Shown here in pieces: positions 60,300-64,000 of a DNA stretch of 64,000 nt. The number at the start of each line of letters is the position of its first letter. Position 1 is the stretch's first letter. The stretch covers positions 140,228 to 204,227 of the forward strand of contig NIVC01002112.1 of assembly GCA_002269645.1 (NCBI GenBank), in the 5' to 3' direction. The notes under the pieces are model-generated. The model was not told the DNA's origin. It worked only from the letters and a program-made list of their open reading frames with translations, and did no database searches. The DNA is from Macrostomum lignano. Taxonomy: Eukaryota. A program made the translations under genes and the position numbers.

Positions 60300-60876
60300 T
60301 AATAGCCCTAACCCCAACCCTAAACATAACCCTAAATTTAATATTTTGTCCATGAGTTTTTGCATGATGCTTCTATGATTTTTTGCATGACGCTTCCATG
60401 ATTTTTGCATGACGCTTCTATGCTAAACATTTTTAATAAGCTACATGAGCTAAGTTATAAGCTACCCTAACCCTAGCACTAACCCGAATCTTAACGCTAT
60501 AACCCTAACCCTAACCATATACCCTAACACTAACCCTACAGCCTGACATCTGTATAAGTTTGTGAAGCGCTAGTAGTATTTTTTTAGCTTAGTATCTTAG
60601 CGTTGGGGAGCCAAAAAATGCAGTACAAGTTTTGTAATAAGCTACATGTAGCATCACTTTGCAATATCTCTCTGCAATATTTGCATCTCTTTGCAATAAT
60701 ATACTGCTTTGCAAGCAGTCCCTTGTAAGCCTTGACATGTCAGTAATTCCCCCCACAGGCTTTAACATTTCAACTTCCCCTTGACATCTCAGCGATGCTC
60801 CCCATAAGCCATGAAATCTAAAAAAATCTGTCAACTTTCTAACCCTAACCCTAACCCTAACCTAACCTAACCCTAA
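60300..60876. repeat. Degenerate interstitial (CCCTAA)n telomere-like runs
   Basis: Short interrupted runs at about 60305-60335, 60463-60540 and 60840-60876. Confidence 0.7.
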
Positions 60877-61679
60877 AGCATTGACATTTCAGTAATTCTC
60901 TCTAAGAGTCAGTATAGCACTACTACAGCATTATTGCGATTCCCTGCAAGCCTCGACATCGTAGGGATTCCCAAATGAATCTCTTAACTTCGACATGAAG
61001 CTTCTTATTTTTTACATTACGCTTTTTCTATCAGCGATCCCTCCCGTGAGGAGCCAACAAATAATGAAAAAAAGTTTTAAATAGACTACATGTAGCTTCT
61101 GACTTTGGCCTTGACATCTCATTTATTCCCCATGAGCCTTGACATCTCAGCTATTCCCCTCGTAAGCCTTGAAATGTCAGCAATGCCCCCATAAACCTTG
61201 ATATCTGAAAAATCCCCTGTTAACCTTGAAACCCGCTAAAATCTAACTCTCAACCCACACCGGAACTAAACCTAACTTTAACCCAACCTAGAAAACCTTG
61301 AAATCTCAACAATTCTTCTCCCTTAAGCCTTGACATTTTAGTGATTCCTTCTTTAAGAATCATAGCACTATAGCGATTCCCTCCAAGCCTTGACATCGTA
61401 GCAATTCCCAAATGAATATTTTAACTTCGATATGACTCTTCTTTTATGTATAAATAGTGCTTCTTTTCTTTTTTACATGACTCTTCTTCTATCAGCGCCC
61501 CCCCCCGTGGCGAGCCAACAAAGAAGGTAATAAAAAAATTGAGTAAACTACATGTACTTTGAAGTAGCTTCTGACTTTTGCTTTGACATCTCAGAAACCC
61601 CCCCCCCCTAATCTCAGTTATTCTCCGTGAGCCTTGACATCTCAGTAATTCTCCCCAGCACAGCACAATAGCTTCATTT

Positions 61680-62965
61680 AATTTTTACATGACACTTCTT
61701 TCATGTCTGACATGACACTTCTTTTGATTTTTACATGACGCTTCTATGATTTCTAAAATGACACTTCCATTAGTTTTTATATAAGGCTTCTATGATTTTT
61801 TACATGACGCTTCTATGATTGTTTATATGACGTTTCTATGATGTTTTAGCTCATTAGCTTTTGATGTTTGACGCTTCTATGATTTCTTAAATGACACTTC
61901 CATTAGTTTTTATATAAGTTTTGTAATAAGTTTTGTATAAGTTTTGTAATTTTTACATGACGCTTCTACGATTGTTTACATGACGTTTCTATGATGTTTT
62001 TACATGACGCTTCTATGATTTTTTACATGACGCTTCTATGATTTTTTACATGACGCTTTTATGATTTTTACATGACGCTTCTATGATTGTCTACATGACG
62101 CTTCTATACTTTTTTACATGACGCTTCTATGATTGTTTACAGGACGCTTCTATGATTGTTTACATGACGCTTCTATGACTTTTTTACATGACGCTTCTAT
62201 GATTTTTTTAAATGACGCTTCTATGATTTTTAAATGACGCTTCTACGATTTTTACATGACGCTTCTATGATTTTTTACATGACGCTTCTATGATTGTTTA
62301 CATGACGCTTCTATGATTGTTTACATGACGCTTCTATACTTTTTTACATGACGCTTGTATGATTTTTTTACATGACGCTTCTATGATTTTTTACATGACG
62401 CTTCTATGATTGTTTACAGGACGCTTCTATGATTGTTTACATGACGCTTCTATGACTTTTTTACATGACGCTTCTATGATTGTTTACATGACGCTTCTAT
62501 GATTTTTTAAATGACGCTTCTATGATTTTTATATGACGCTTCTACGATTGTTTACATGACGCTTTTATGATTGTTTACATGACGCTTCTATACTTTTTTA
62601 CATGACGCTTGTATGATTTTTTTACATGACGCTTCTATGATTTTTATATGACGCTTCTACGATTGTTTACATGACGCTTCTATGATTATTTACATGACGC
62701 TTCGATTTTTTTACATGACTCTTCTATGGTTTTTTACATGACGCTTCTATGATTGTTTACATGACGCTTCAATGATTCTTTAAATGACGCATTTATGATT
62801 TTTATATGACGCTTCTACGATTGTTTACATGACGCTTTTATGATTGTTTACATGACGCTTCTATACTTTTTTACATGACGCTTGTTTGATTTTTTTACAT
62901 GACGCTTCTATGATTTTTATATGACGCTTCTACGATTGTTTACATGACGCTTCTATGATTATTTA
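61680..62965. repeat. Minisatellite, 22-24 bp unit CATGACGCTTCTATGATTTTTTA
   Basis: Direct reading; a short seed of the same unit lies at 60355-60420. Confidence 0.95.
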
Positions 62966-63399
62966 CCCAGTGGTGCACTGGCGCCCGGTCCAACAGATGG
63001 CGCTGGGCGCCAGAACATCGAAATTTCGACGCCGAGTTTTTCACAATTTTCACTGTACTACTTACTATCGAGAGGGCGCAGAGTGGGGGCACTGTGTAAA
63101 AAAAACACGCTTTTCATAAGTCTAGGGTCTATTATTAGTAATTTTATGTTCCTGGATCTCCATTTTTATTTGTTGAACAATTTTCAAGTCTATAACCTCA
63201 TTTCAAGAAATAATACGCTCGTATGTTATCAAAATCATTCTCGGCAAAAAAGTAGCTTTTTCAGAATCTTTCAGCCAAGAATTTTTCAATAAATGCTACT
63301 GAAAGTAGGTAACTACGAAATGAAACTTTGATGATTTTTTAAATTTCTGCTTTATGAGTGTCGTCATCAATTCTTAAATGGGAAATCCAGTAAGAACAA

Positions 63400-64000
63400 T
63401 CAGAAATTGCCAAGCTGTATTAGTAGACTCAAATATGAGATTCTACAGATCATTAGAGCGTGTCAGTCCCTATCTTCCCTAGAAAGAATCGTGTCTCTAG
63501 CTTAATCTGCTTTCCAGATATTCGAAGGCGGAGATTCCGGAAAATTTCTATGTATTTAAATAAGGGAAATCCAGGAAAATCAATCACAAATTGCCAAGCT
63601 GTATTAGAAGACTCAGATATGAGATTCTACAGATCATTAGAGCGTGTCAGTCCCTGTCTTCCCCAGAAAGAATCGTGTCTCTAGCTTAATCTGCTTTCCA
63701 GATATTCATTCAAAAATGGCGATTCCAGAAAATTGCAATGCATTCAAATGGTGAAATTCGCGAAAATCAATCAGCAATTGCCAAGCTGTATTAGAAGACT
63801 CAGATATGAGATTCTACAGATCATTAGAGCGTGTCAGTCCCTGTCTTCCCCAGAAAGAATCGTGTCTCTAGCTTAATCTGCTTTCCAGATATTCATTCAA
63901 AAATGGCGATTCCAGAAAATTGCAATGCATTCAAATGGTGAAATTCGCGAAAATCAATCAGCAATTGCCAAGCTGTATTAGAAGACTCAGATATGAGATT
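63400..64000. repeat. Tandem repeat, about 185-187 bp unit, runs off the window end
   Basis: AATTGCCAAGCTGTATTAG recurs at about 63405, 63589, 63776 and 63963. Confidence 0.9.

Larger units (their letters stand above)
60197..62965 (-). mobile_element. Second Helitron-like element abutting copy 1 (5' limit uncertain)
   Basis: The same CTAG-CAATCT(A/T)CGCCCCCGTTGGGG terminus occurs at 60197-60221, with degenerate echoes at about 60595, 61030 and 61495. The internal repeated modules contain CCCTAA runs. Confidence 0.5.

Noticed and set aside
60300-60876. True telomere
   Set aside because: Short, interrupted runs with ordinary sequence on both sides.

Overview
Animal genomic DNA with intron-rich genes and a very high density of minisatellites. 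The GC3-rich, CAG/GCA-rich exons and the 20-23 bp minisatellites suggest a flatworm such as Macrostomum, but this is an inference only. Three host genes can be reconstructed by hand with phase-consistent GT-AG splicing: an ELAV/Hu RNA-binding protein (minus, 18149-8799), a FoxD forkhead factor (minus, 27444-25161) and a TMEM8/PGAP6-family CREST membrane hydrolase (plus, about 30661-44528). There is also an unassigned GC-rich ORF at about 21-22 kb. The standout structure is a pair of about 8 kb inverted arms (29255-37717 and 49952-57974). Each arm carries TMEM8 exons 1-5. The 12 kb between them holds TMEM8 exons 6-9 and an intron-containing Crypton-type tyrosine recombinase gene flanked by palindromes that share a GGCAATGGCC core. 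The arms carry complementary lesions. The left arm, joined to the complete gene, has ATA instead of ATG at the signal-peptide start. The right arm has the ATG and full signal peptide, but a TAG in exon 2 and no 3' half. A crossover in intron 1 would assemble a fully canonical gene, so this is a candidate DNA-inversion switch. A decayed inverted duplication with an unrelated transposon insertion, or a mis-phased assembly, are simpler alternatives. The right end of the window is tandem Helitron-like elements loaded with satellites and degenerate CCCTAA repeats. All alignments and identities were read by eye; no searches were run.
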